From the IMG/VR virus record IMGVR_UViG_3300045988_139483, positions 1-38,437 of that record: 38,437 nt of DNA. One strand, given 5' to 3'. Below, piece by piece: positions 28,818 through 37,140 of the stretch. Made by a program: the position numbers and the translations under genes. Each line of letters begins with the position of its first letter. The first letter of the stretch is position 1. This DNA comes from a virus. The notes below the pieces were generated by a model. That model had not been told where the DNA came from. It saw nothing but the letters and a program-made list of their open reading frames with translations, and made no database searches.

Positions 28818-29084
28818 ATGGATATATCAGTATTAACACAATATTTTAGTATAGTAGTTGTAGGAATATGTTTATGTGTTGGCTACGTTATAAAAAATAG
28901 CCTTGACTTTATACCAAACAAGTACATACCACTAATAATGCTAATTTTAGGATTAGTAATTAATGTATTAATGAACTTAAACGGTATAAATGCAGAAGTA
29001 ATACTAACTGGAATGTTTAGTGGACTAGCTTCTACAGGTCTATACGAAATGTTTAAGAATCTAATTAATAAGGAGGATAAATAG
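28818..29084 (+). CDS. Phage holin
   Basis: Short, 2-3 TM segments, directly upstream of the amidase. Confidence 0.85.
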   Translation: MDISVLTQYFSIVVVGICLCVGYVIKNSLDFIPNKYIPLIMLILGLVINVLMNLNGINAEVILTGMFSGLASTGLYEMFKNLINKEDK

Positions 29085-29945
29085 ATGGAAATAATTGAAA
29101 CTAACTTACAATTCAAAGATATGCCGACAAGAAAGTCAACAGAAAGGATAATTCTACATCACGCAGATGCTAAGAATTGCTCTGCAGAAGACATACATCG
29201 CTGGCATTTAGGAAATGGCTGGAGCGGAGCAGGCTATCACTTTTTAGTAAAAAAAGATGGTAAAGTATATAGACTTCGCCCAGAGGATAAAGTGGGAGCA
29301 CATGCATATGGCTCAAATTATAATTCTTTAGGAGTATGCTTTGAAGGTAACTTCATGGAAGAAGATATGCCAGAAGCTCAAAAAGAAGCTGGAAAGGAAC
29401 TAGTTGCATACTTGAAGAACAAGTACAATATAACAACAGTACAAGCTCATAGAGATGTATGTGCAACCTCATGCCCAGGAGATAAATTTCCATTTGGCGA
29501 GATTGCAAATTCTGAGACAAACAATAAAGTTATACCTCAGCCACAAGAAAACGTCCCAAAAGGCAACGTGGCAAGAATACAAGCTATTCTAAATGATAAA
29601 TACGGGTTAAGTATTGCTGTAGACAACATCTATGGAAATGAAACAAAGAAAGCCTTAGTAAAAGGTCTACAAACAGAATTAAACAAACAATATGGAAGAG
29701 GTTTAGCTGTCGATGGAATATTTGGAACCAACACTTACAATTCTTGTATAAATGTTAGAAAAGGTGCAGAAGGTAATATTACATATTTAATTCAAGCAAT
29801 GTTAGTATGTCATTCATTCGACATAGATGCGGACGGAATATTTGGACCTGCAACAGAAAATGCAGTAAAAGAATTTCAATCAAGAAATGGATTATCACAA
29901 GATGGAATAGTAGGGAAAAATACATTTAATAAATTATTCAAATAA
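29085..29945 (+). CDS. N-acetylmuramoyl-L-alanine amidase endolysin with two peptidoglycan-binding repeats
   Basis: IILHHADAKNCSAEDIHRWHLGNGWSGAGYHFLV..TVQAHRDVCATSCPGDKFPF; AVDGIFGTNTY and DADGIFGPATENAVKEFQ. Confidence 0.95.
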   Translation: MEIIETNLQFKDMPTRKSTERIILHHADAKNCSAEDIHRWHLGNGWSGAGYHFLVKKDGKVYRLRPEDKVGAHAYGSNYNSLGVCFEGNFMEEDMPEAQKEAGKELVAYLKNKYNITTVQAHRDVCATSCPGDKFPFGEIANSETNNKVIPQPQENVPKGNVARIQAILNDKYGLSIAVDNIYGNETKKALVKGLQTELNKQYGRGLAVDGIFGTNTYNSCINVRKGAEGNITYLIQAMLVCHSFDIDADGIFGPATENAVKEFQSRNGLSQDGIVGKNTFNKLFK

Positions 29946-29950
29946 ACTTT

Positions 29951-29977
29951 GGTAGGAGCAATCCTACCTCTTTTTTT
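29951..29977 (+). terminator. Rho-independent terminator of the late operon
   Basis: GGTAGGA-GCAA-TCCTACC then TCTTTTTTT. Confidence 0.95.
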
Positions 29978-30311
29978 ATACAAATTTTCGCAATAGCGAA
30001 ATAATACGTTAAATCTTAGACAATAAACTATATTCTTAAATAATTAAAATGCCTTTAAACTCATTTTCGTACGTTGATTTTTACTTCAATGAATCATAAA
30101 ATTATACAAAATGTAGTATTAACATGTAAAATGAGTGATTGACAAAAAGACGAAGTTGTAGTAATATAATATTACAGAAGTATTACAAAATATTTAAAAG
30201 TAAATTAAAAATATACATTCTGTATTGACAACCTATGAAATTAAGTATATAAAATACACAAATGATATATAATAAATAAGGAGCATAAGCTCCTTACCGA
30301 TTAAAAATATA

Positions 30312-30542
30312 CTAATCTAAATTATCATGTTGAGTGGAGTTCGTAATGTGCGTGGTACGAACTTCTCTTTTCTGTTCTTCAGAACTTTCAGTACTAATTG
30401 TGCAATTAATACAAACTTTTTTCCCAGAATTTAATGGATTACCGTTTTCAGGCAATTTAAATTTGTCAAAGAAACCAGTTAGTTTGTCAACCAAAAAAGA
30501 TATAGCAAATACCAAAATTATTAATGTTAACAATGTTTCCAT
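30312..30542 (-). CDS. Small membrane protein (toxin-like or phage accessory)
   Basis: ATG at 30542 with RBS GGAGGTGAAAGA; METLLTLIILVFAISFLVDKLTGFFDKFKLPENGNP. Confidence 0.5.
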   Translation of the reverse strand: METLLTLIILVFAISFLVDKLTGFFDKFKLPENGNPLNSGKKVCINCTISTESSEEQKREVRTTHITNSTQHDNLD

Positions 30543-30578
30543 TCTTTCACCTCCGTTTTTGTAAATTTTTAACTGCCA

Positions 30579-30658
30579 ATGTGTGTGCAGTATATCAGCG
30601 GTTAGAAAGACCACTGCCTTACAATCAGCAGATAACCGCTGATTAATACACACACATG
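30579..30658. repeat. Long imperfect inverted repeat (~25-bp arms)
   Basis: ATGTGTGTGCAGTATATCAGCGGTTA ... TAACCGCTGATTAATACACACACATG. Confidence 0.8.
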
Positions 30659-30747
30659 TATGAGGTGATTGATAATTTTCTATAATATATCAAATAAAAA
30701 GGATTTATGCAATACAAACTGAAAAAATTATAAATTTATTTACAAGT

Positions 30748-30781
30748 TTCGACAGACTTTGCATGGAAAAACTGTTATTAT
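30748..30781 (+). promoter_or_regulatory. Promoter with TTCGACA element and extended -10 TGTTATTAT
   Basis: TCGACA-N21-TATTAT, same geometry as 9138 and 16147. Confidence 0.5.
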
Positions 30782-30802
30782 AGAAAAAAGGAGGACAAGC
30801 TT

Positions 30803-30922
30803 ATGGAAGAAGTAAAAAAGCTTGAACTAAAGATAAAGAACAATAGCCGATATGAAGAGATAATAGAGCAGAGCATGCAGATAGATAAATACATAAAAAA
30901 GAAAATTGAGGGAGCATTATAG
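30803..30922 (+). CDS. Spo0E-like mini-protein
   Basis: RBS AAAGGAGG; MEEVKKLELKIKNNSRYEEIIEQSMQIDKYIKKKIEGAL has the SxxxD core (QSMQIDKYI) of Spo0E-like phosphatases. Confidence 0.55.
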   Translation: MEEVKKLELKIKNNSRYEEIIEQSMQIDKYIKKKIEGAL

Positions 30923-31240
30923 CTTCCTCATATCTATATTAATAAGCAGATCTATTATCTGACTAACTTCAAGGGCTTCTTTTGAATTGATTCCGTACTT
31001 ATCAATTCTACGATACATCTTTTGTTTTAAAGAATTTATATCAAAAGTAGTGTAAAATAAATCTTTAACATTAACATTCAAATAATCTGCAATGTTAACC
31101 AAAACTTCCAAAGAAACGTTCATTTTTTTATTATTTTCTAATTCCGATAAATAAGAACGAGAAATTTTAACATCTTTTGCTAATCTATATGCAGTTATAT
31201 TTTTACTTTCTCTAATTTGCTTAATTCTAAATACAATCAT
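30917..31240 (-). CDS. XRE-family transcriptional regulator
   Basis: HTH IKQIRESKNITAYRLAKDVKISRSYLSELENNKK. Confidence 0.9.
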   Translation of the reverse strand: MIVFRIKQIRESKNITAYRLAKDVKISRSYLSELENNKKMNVSLEVLVNIADYLNVNVKDLFYTTFDINSLKQKMYRRIDKYGINSKEALEVSQIIDLLINIDMRKL

Positions 31241-31336
31241 AAATACCTCTAAAAATAGTATTCCTTAATTGTACAATGAATATGCAAAAAACGCTATATG
31301 TCGCTGTCAGCGAACGCTTTTGTCGAACGATTTTTC

Positions 31337-31364
31337 TTGACTTTGTCGAGTTTTGTTATATAAT
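31337..31364 (+). promoter_or_regulatory. Promoter
   Basis: TTGACT-N16-TATAAT. Confidence 0.6.
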
Positions 31365-31413
31365 TTAATCATAAAAAAGAAACGCGTTTCTCCAAGAAAA
31401 AGGAGAAGAACAA

Positions 31414-31566
31414 ATGGAAAAAATAATTGTAATAGATGAGAGAACATATCAAGAATTTAAACGTAAAATTGAGAAAAAGAATGATTATTGGAATCTAGGA
31501 GAAATAGAAAAAATGATACAATATGCAAATAATATAAATCAAAATATTGACTTTTTTATAAACTAA
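31414..31566 (+). CDS. Hypothetical small protein divergent from XRE gene
   Basis: RBS aaaggaga; MEKIIVIDERTYQEFKRKIEKKNDYWNLGEIEKMIQYANNINQNIDFFIN. Confidence 0.55.
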   Translation: MEKIIVIDERTYQEFKRKIEKKNDYWNLGEIEKMIQYANNINQNIDFFIN

Positions 31567-31721
31567 TGTTATATATTAACTAAATAAAAGCTAAGTGGAA
31601 AAATTATCACATTTTTATCACATTAGTTTGGAAACAAATAGAAAACATTGAAAATTGTTAATGGAAAAAACGCCAAAAACCAACGTTTTAAGATAAAATA
31701 AGAGAATTTAAGAACACTCTT

Positions 31722-31764
31722 ATGGACCATGAGGTCGCAGGTTCGATCCCTGTCACCTCGACCA
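31722..31764 (+). other. 3' fragment of a tRNA gene = candidate attachment site
   Basis: GAGGTCGCAGGTTCGATCCCTGTCACCTCGACCA: T-arm, 3' acceptor half and CCA, with no 5' half upstream; adjacent to an integrase gene. Confidence 0.85.
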
Positions 31765-31788
31765 TATGATTATAAAGTAAAACGTTGT

Positions 31789-31822
31789 AATAGCAAGTCT
31801 TTCGTAGATTGCTATTTTTATT
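31789..31822 (+). terminator. Terminator-like hairpin after att
   Basis: AATAGCAA...TTGCTATT then TTTTATTTTT. Confidence 0.65.
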
Positions 31823-31834
31823 TTTATCGGAAGA

Positions 31835-31855
31835 AAGTGACGAAAAAGTGACGAA
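31835..31855. repeat. Direct repeats, possible integrase arm sites
   Basis: AAGTGACGAA twice, 11-bp period. Confidence 0.55.
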
Positions 31856-31903
31856 TCTAAAAAATATATGATTTTTAATAGCGACATGAATAATAAATTT
31901 ATT

Positions 31904-33056
31904 CTAACTATTTGATTTTACGTGTAGAAAATTGTCCATTTTTTCGGCAACTTCTTTAAATTCATTTTCGAAAAAGTGAGAATACACGTTGTGAGTTATT
32001 GACACATTTGAATGTCCTGCTCTTTTACTTATTATTTGAGCTTGAACTCCGCCACTAATAAGCATAGAAACACTAGTATGTCTAAGTCCGATGAAAAGAA
32101 ATGTCTTTTAAATTATATTTTTGGATTATATGCTTTAAAATTTTGTATGGTCTATTAGGGTGCATATCTTCGCCAAATTCTGTAGTAAAAACTCTTTTTG
32201 ATTGTTTCCACGAACTTCCTAACAACAATTTTTGTTCATATTGTTTAGCTCTATATTTTTTTAGAATTTGAACCGTAGTTGGTGTAATATAGATAATTCT
32301 ATTACTTGAATCAGATTTTGTACTCTTTTCAAATGTTCCATATCCTGAAACATATTGTGTTGATTTATTTATGTTAATAGTGCATTTTTCAAAGTCTACA
32401 TCTTCCCAAGTTAGTCCAGTTAATTCACCTCTTCTGCAGCCACTATCAAGTGCCAACATTATGACAGCCTGATATTGTATAGGTTCATTCTGTAATACTT
32501 CTATTAATTTTTTTACTTCCTTTGGTGAATAACATTGAATTTCCTTTTTGTGAACTTTTATAGGTGTTACATTTTTATTTGGATTATTACATAAATATCC
32601 CCACTTTATTGCGGAATTTAAAATTTCTGAAACCAAGGTATAATGATGTTTAATTGTTTTTTCAGAATATCCAGTTTTATTTTTTCCTTTTCCTTTTGAA
32701 GTTTTTAGGTTTTTATAAAAATCTTCAAGTATCTTTACATTTATATCTTTTACTTTTATGTGTCCAATATATTTATTAATATTTTTACAAATTCTCTCAT
32801 ATTCTTTGTAAGTTTTTATACCTAAATCATTTTCCTTTGACTTCAACCATTCATCTATTAAGTCCTTCATTATTAAATGATTTTTTCTAACATAGGTATT
32901 ATTCTTTAACTGTATTTTTAATTCATTTTCTCTTAATACTGCTTCCTTTTTTCCTCCGTAGAATGTTTCTATATGTCTTATTCTTTTTGTCCCATTATAG
33001 CCAATTGGTATGTCTATTTTGTACTTTTTATTTTTTATTAGTTCTTGTACTGCCAT
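31904..33056 (-). CDS. int: Tyrosine recombinase/integrase, +1 event at CGG (complement 32088-32090)
   Basis: Upstream frame ends ...LKDISFH-CGG-ACT-TAG; skipping the C gives H-GLRHTSVSMLISGGVQAQIISKRAGHSNVSITHNVYSHFFENEFKEVAEKMDNFLHVKSNS*, supplying the HxLRH, GH and Y catalytic elements. Confidence 0.92.
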
Positions 33057-33789
33057 TATCTTTTACACCTCCGTAATTTTTTAGCATTTCTATTTGTTCT
33101 GAACCATCTTTACATTTTTTTAATATCTTGTTTTCAGATTCATCTAGTATCCATCTTTCTGCAAAAGGATCCTTCAATTTATTTGTTATATCATTTATTA
33201 TATTGGTGAATATGTCGACAATTTTAAATTTATATATATCTTTTTTATAAATGTCGTAGTCATTAGTATAATCTTCAATTTCATTGTAATCATATTTTTC
33301 TTTTTTAATTATTTCTTCTAACCTGCAAATTTCTTGTGAATTTATATATGCTCTTAAAAAATATATTAAGCTTTCGAATTTATCGTGTTCTATGATTTTA
33401 TTTATAAGCATTGAAAAGTCCTGATAATTAAATTGTTCACCATATAAAATATCTCTTTGATAACTATCTTTTGTTGTAAATGCTTTTAATTTACCTATAG
33501 CATTATCGCTTAGCCCTGTTTCGCTTGAAATACTAGTATTAAAAACATCTCTACTATTAGTTCTACATAATAAATAATCTATTGAAACATTAAGAGTATC
33601 TGCTATTGACATTAGTTTATCTATATCTGGTTTTCTAGTTCCTTTTTCAAAATAATTTATTTGTTCTCGAAAGAGATGAGTCTTCTTAGCTAAGTTTTGC
33701 TGTGATAGGTTTAATCTTGTCCTAGCATCCACTAATCTTTTTTCAAAGGTATTTAAATATTCATCATTCTTACTTGTTACTTTTTTCAT
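33028..33789 (-). CDS. CI-like XRE repressor of the second element
   Basis: HTH LVDARTRLNLSQQNLAKKTHLFREQINYFEKGTRKP; divergent from the excisionase-like gene. Confidence 0.88.
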   Translation of the reverse strand: MKKVTSKNDEYLNTFEKRLVDARTRLNLSQQNLAKKTHLFREQINYFEKGTRKPDIDKLMSIADTLNVSIDYLLCRTNSRDVFNTSISSETGLSDNAIGKLKAFTTKDSYQRDILYGEQFNYQDFSMLINKIIEHDKFESLIYFLRAYINSQEICRLEEIIKKEKYDYNEIEDYTNDYDIYKKDIYKFKIVDIFTNIINDITNKLKDPFAERWILDESENKILKKCKDGSEQIEMLKNYGGVKDNGSTRTNKK

Positions 33790-33834
33790 AATAATCCCTC
33801 CATTTTTCCTATTTTGTTAAGTTTGATAAAAAAT

Positions 33835-33874
33835 ATTGACTTAGTCTTTGTTACATTTTATACTAAAAGTAACA
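33835..33874 (+). promoter_or_regulatory. Promoter plus palindromic operator
   Basis: TTGACT-N18-TATACT overlapped by TGTTACATTTTATACTAAAAGTAACA; a further TGTTACTTTT half-site at 33775. Confidence 0.7.
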
Positions 33875-33918
33875 TTTTTGCAAGCGAAAATAAAAAATAA
33901 TAAAAGAAAGGAGAGAAA

Positions 33919-34080
33919 ATGAACGACAACATTGAAGTGTTAGTACATCAAGAAAAGCTAAAGTATTACAAAGAGTGGAGAAAAAATAATAAGGATAAAG
34001 TGCAACAACATAATCAAAACTTTTGGCTAAAAAAAGTTAAACAAAGGGGGAAAAATAATGGAAAAACAAGAAATTTTTAA
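33919..34080 (+). CDS. Small basic protein
   Basis: RBS aaggagag; MNDNIEVLVHQEKLKYYKEWRKNNKDKVQQHNQNFWLKKVKQRGKNNGKTRNF. Confidence 0.45.
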   Translation: MNDNIEVLVHQEKLKYYKEWRKNNKDKVQQHNQNFWLKKVKQRGKNNGKTRNF

Positions 34081-34264
34081 TATTAAACAATTAAGCGAAT
34101 ATCTACATTGTAGTAGTAGTCTTTTAAGAAAAATGGTTTATGAAAATGAAATTCCATTTTTCAAATTACATTCTAAATATTTTTTTAAAAAAGAAATTAT
34201 AGATAAATGGCTAATAACAAAACATAATTATATAGAGATAGGTGGATTTAATAATGAAATATAA
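34058..34264 (+). CDS. Excisionase-like helix-turn-helix protein
   Basis: FNIKQLSEYLHCSSSLLRKMVYENEIPFFKLHSKYFFKKEIIDKWL. Confidence 0.8.
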   Translation: MEKQEIFNIKQLSEYLHCSSSLLRKMVYENEIPFFKLHSKYFFKKEIIDKWLITKHNYIEIGGFNNEI

Positions 34265-36182
34265 TGATTTTATAAAAAATTTTAATATACAAAAATATAC
34301 TTCTGATAGTACGTGTATGGCGGTTTGCCCAAATCATAATGATAAAGAAGCTTCTTTATCCATAACTGATAACGGAGGCAAAATATTGATGCATTGTTTT
34401 GCAGGCTGTAGCAATGAAGATATTTTAGAAAAAGTAAATTTAACAAAAGAAGATTTATTTAACAATGAAAAGCAACAGAAGCCAAAAGTTGATAAAGAAT
34501 ATTTTTACCGAGATGAAAAAGGAATACCTTTATATAAAGTTATGAGATTTATACCTAAAAATTTTATGCAAGCTAGGTATGTCAACGGGAAATGGGAATA
34601 TAAAATGATGGGTGTCAGATATGTACCATATAATTTACCTAATGTAATAAAGTCTGATGTGGTATATTTTGTTGAAGGGGAAAAGGACGCAGACAATTTA
34701 AACGCAATTGGCTTAGTCGCAACTACAACAGTTGGTGGAGCTGCTAGTTTTAACAAACGAGCAGAAATTTATAAGCCATATTTTGAAAATAAAGAAGTAT
34801 ATATAATTCCAGATAATGACGATGCTGGAAGAAAATATGCTCATTCAATATTTAAAAATCTAAAAAATATAGTAAAGAAAATTAAAATATTAGACTTAAA
34901 TAAAGAAGTTGAAAATTTATTACCAAAGAGTGATATTTCAGATATTCTATCAAAATATGGAAAGGAAAAAACATTAAAAATACTAGAAAACTTAAAGACT
35001 GTATCTGACTTTTCAATTTATAGTGGACAGCATCTTAATCTTAATATAATGAAAAATATTTTGAAAAACCTAAGTATATCTGTACGTTATAATGAAATAA
35101 CAAAAGAAACAGAAGTTTCTGGATTAGACAAAATGTATTCAGGTGATTCTTCATCAGAATTACTACCAGCTTTTTTAAGTGATTTTTGTATTACTAATAA
35201 TATTAAATACAAAGAAAGTGATATAAAAAATGAATTATTATTGATTGCAGATGCAAATAAATATAATCCAATTCAAGATATGTTAATTCAGAATAAATGG
35301 GATAATATAAATAGATTTCCTGTATTATTTGAGATTGTAGGAATTACAGAGGATCTATTATCACAAACACTGCTGAAAAAATGGATGTATCAAACATCTA
35401 TGATAGTATTTAATGGATATAAAGAAATATTTGGGATAGAAGGTATTCTTGTTTTTCAAGGGACACAAGGTATTGGAAAAACAAGATTTATTAGAAATAT
35501 GGCTTTAAATCCAAAATGGTTTAAAGAAGGAGCAATAATTGATTTAAATTCAAAAGATTCAATTATAGAAAATACCAAAGGCTGGATTATCGAATTAGGA
35601 GAATTAGACTATACTTTAAGGAAAAAACAATCTGCATTTAAAGCTTTTTCTACCAGTTCTATAGATGAGATTAGAATGCCTTATGCTCAAAAGAGCGTAA
35701 AAAAACCAAGAAGAACTAGCTTCTTTGCTTCTGTTAATCCAGATGAATTTCTTGTTGATGAAACAGGAAATAGACGATTTTGGACAATTCCAGTAAAGAA
35801 AATTGATAATGAAAGATTAGAAAAATTGGGCAAAGATTTTATTTTACAATTATGGGTTCAAGCCTATAATGAAATAAAAGATACTCCTCAAAATTTTAGA
35901 TTAACATCTGAAGAAAATAAAAGATTGAATGAAAGAAATAATTCTTATTCTGAATTTATTCCTTGTGAAGAAGAGATTACTCTAAAAATGGATTTTACAG
36001 GTACTGTCAGAGAAAAATGGACAACTGTAGAACTTAGTGATGCCATATTTGAAGGCAAAATAGCTTGTACTACAATTGGAAAAGCCGTAAACAAAATAAA
36101 GACAAAATATCCGAATCTTGTAGAAATACGTAAAACGGAAGGAGGAAGACGATATATTCTCCCTATAAAAAAATCAAAATGA
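34254..36182 (+). CDS. CHC2/TOPRIM primase fused to VapE-like helicase (satellite Rep)
   Basis: CPNHNDKEASLSI..CFAGCS zinc motif; VVYFVEGEKDADNL TOPRIM; FQGTQGIGKTRF Walker A; VKKPRRTSFFASVNPDEFLVDETGNRRFWTIPV. Confidence 0.92.
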   Translation: MKYNDFIKNFNIQKYTSDSTCMAVCPNHNDKEASLSITDNGGKILMHCFAGCSNEDILEKVNLTKEDLFNNEKQQKPKVDKEYFYRDEKGIPLYKVMRFIPKNFMQARYVNGKWEYKMMGVRYVPYNLPNVIKSDVVYFVEGEKDADNLNAIGLVATTTVGGAASFNKRAEIYKPYFENKEVYIIPDNDDAGRKYAHSIFKNLKNIVKKIKILDLNKEVENLLPKSDISDILSKYGKEKTLKILENLKTVSDFSIYSGQHLNLNIMKNILKNLSISVRYNEITKETEVSGLDKMYSGDSSSELLPAFLSDFCITNNIKYKESDIKNELLLIADANKYNPIQDMLIQNKWDNINRFPVLFEIVGITEDLLSQTLLKKWMYQTSMIVFNGYKEIFGIEGILVFQGTQGIGKTRFIRNMALNPKWFKEGAIIDLNSKDSIIENTKGWIIELGELDYTLRKKQSAFKAFSTSSIDEIRMPYAQKSVKKPRRTSFFASVNPDEFLVDETGNRRFWTIPVKKIDNERLEKLGKDFILQLWVQAYNEIKDTPQNFRLTSEENKRLNERNNSYSEFIPCEEEITLKMDFTGTVREKWTTVELSDAIFEGKIACTTIGKAVNKIKTKYPNLVEIRKTEGGRRYILPIKKSK

Positions 36183-36281
36183 AGTTTATGAACTTCATTT
36201 TGGTATATTATATATTTTTTCTGTTATATTGTTTATATATTTTTATTTATTATAAAAATGAACTTCATAAACTTCAGAAAA
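36176..36281. repeat. Inverted/direct repeat clusters flanking an AT-rich core, candidate replication origin
   Basis: AAAATGAAGTTTATGAACTTCATTTT and AAAATGAACTTCATAAACTTCAG around ~55 bp AT-only-like DNA, immediately 3' of the Rep gene. Confidence 0.55.
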
Positions 36282-36428
36282 TAATAAATAGGGGGGAGCC
36301 ATTAAACAAAAAATGAAAATATACTTATAGGAATTTTTTAATATTGCAGTAAAAATATAATAAATTGTTGAAGTTATTATTGATTATAAAAATTTAATAA
36401 TATAAAATAGAATTGTAAGGAGAAGAAG

Positions 36429-37112
36429 ATGAATATTGAAGACTTTATAATAAAGAATAAGGAATATAATGAAGATTTTATTACGAGAAGTACATATTAT
36501 TCAAATGCCATTGAAGGGAATACTCTTACTTATGCTGAAACTTATGCTATTCTTTACAATGATAATAGTTTTAAAATAGAAGTAACAGAGCCAAAGTATA
36601 TATATGAAGTAATAAACCACAAAAAAGCCTTAGAATTAATTTTTAAACATTTACACAGCAATGGAAGTATTGATGAAAATCTTATTCAAGAATTAAACAA
36701 AACTATAAATATGGACATTAAGGATACTTCAGGATATAGAACTTTGCAAGTATTTATTTTTGGAAATGAATATATTCCAACAGAACCAGAAAATATACCA
36801 TACTTAATGAGTAGATGGATTGATGATTACAATAAAGATACTCGAGATATTTTTGAAAAGATTGCAAAATATCATATAGAATTTGAAAAAATACATCCTT
36901 TTGAAGATGGAAATGGTAGAACTGGTAGATTACTTATAAATTATGAATTGTTAAAGAATAATTTACCACCTATTGTAATACTAAAAGATGATAGTAAAAA
37001 ATATTATGAATTTCTAAGTAATGAAGATTATAAAAAATTTGCAAGATGGATAAAAGAATTATCAAATATAGAAAAAGAAAGAATGGAAAGATTCGGATAT
37101 AAAAACATATAA
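36429..37112 (+). CDS. Fic family AMPylase-type protein
   Basis: HPFEDGNGRTGRLLINYELL Fic motif; N-terminal SNAIEGN matches the (S/T)xxxE(G/N) inhibitory motif. Confidence 0.95.
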   Translation: MNIEDFIIKNKEYNEDFITRSTYYSNAIEGNTLTYAETYAILYNDNSFKIEVTEPKYIYEVINHKKALELIFKHLHSNGSIDENLIQELNKTINMDIKDTSGYRTLQVFIFGNEYIPTEPENIPYLMSRWIDDYNKDTRDIFEKIAKYHIEFEKIHPFEDGNGRTGRLLINYELLKNNLPPIVILKDDSKKYYEFLSNEDYKKFARWIKELSNIEKERMERFGYKNI

Positions 37113-37140
37113 AAATAGACGATGAAATAGTAAAAAATAA

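Noticed and set aside
30579-30658. The long inverted repeat as a MITE
   Set aside because: Arms are not flanked by an obvious target-site duplication and no second copy was seen in the window; kept only as a structural element.
2844-32090. Explaining the seven CGG sites as simple codon reassignment (CGG to Gly, Trp or Gln)
   Set aside because: A triplet reassignment leaves the frame unchanged and the ORFs would still hit stops shortly downstream; a net +1 shift is required.
2844-32090. Explaining the interruptions as random pseudogene decay
   Set aside because: They are all the same kind (one extra C before a GGN Gly codon), and otherwise conserved motifs continue. A systematic sequencing artefact is not excluded and remains the main alternative.
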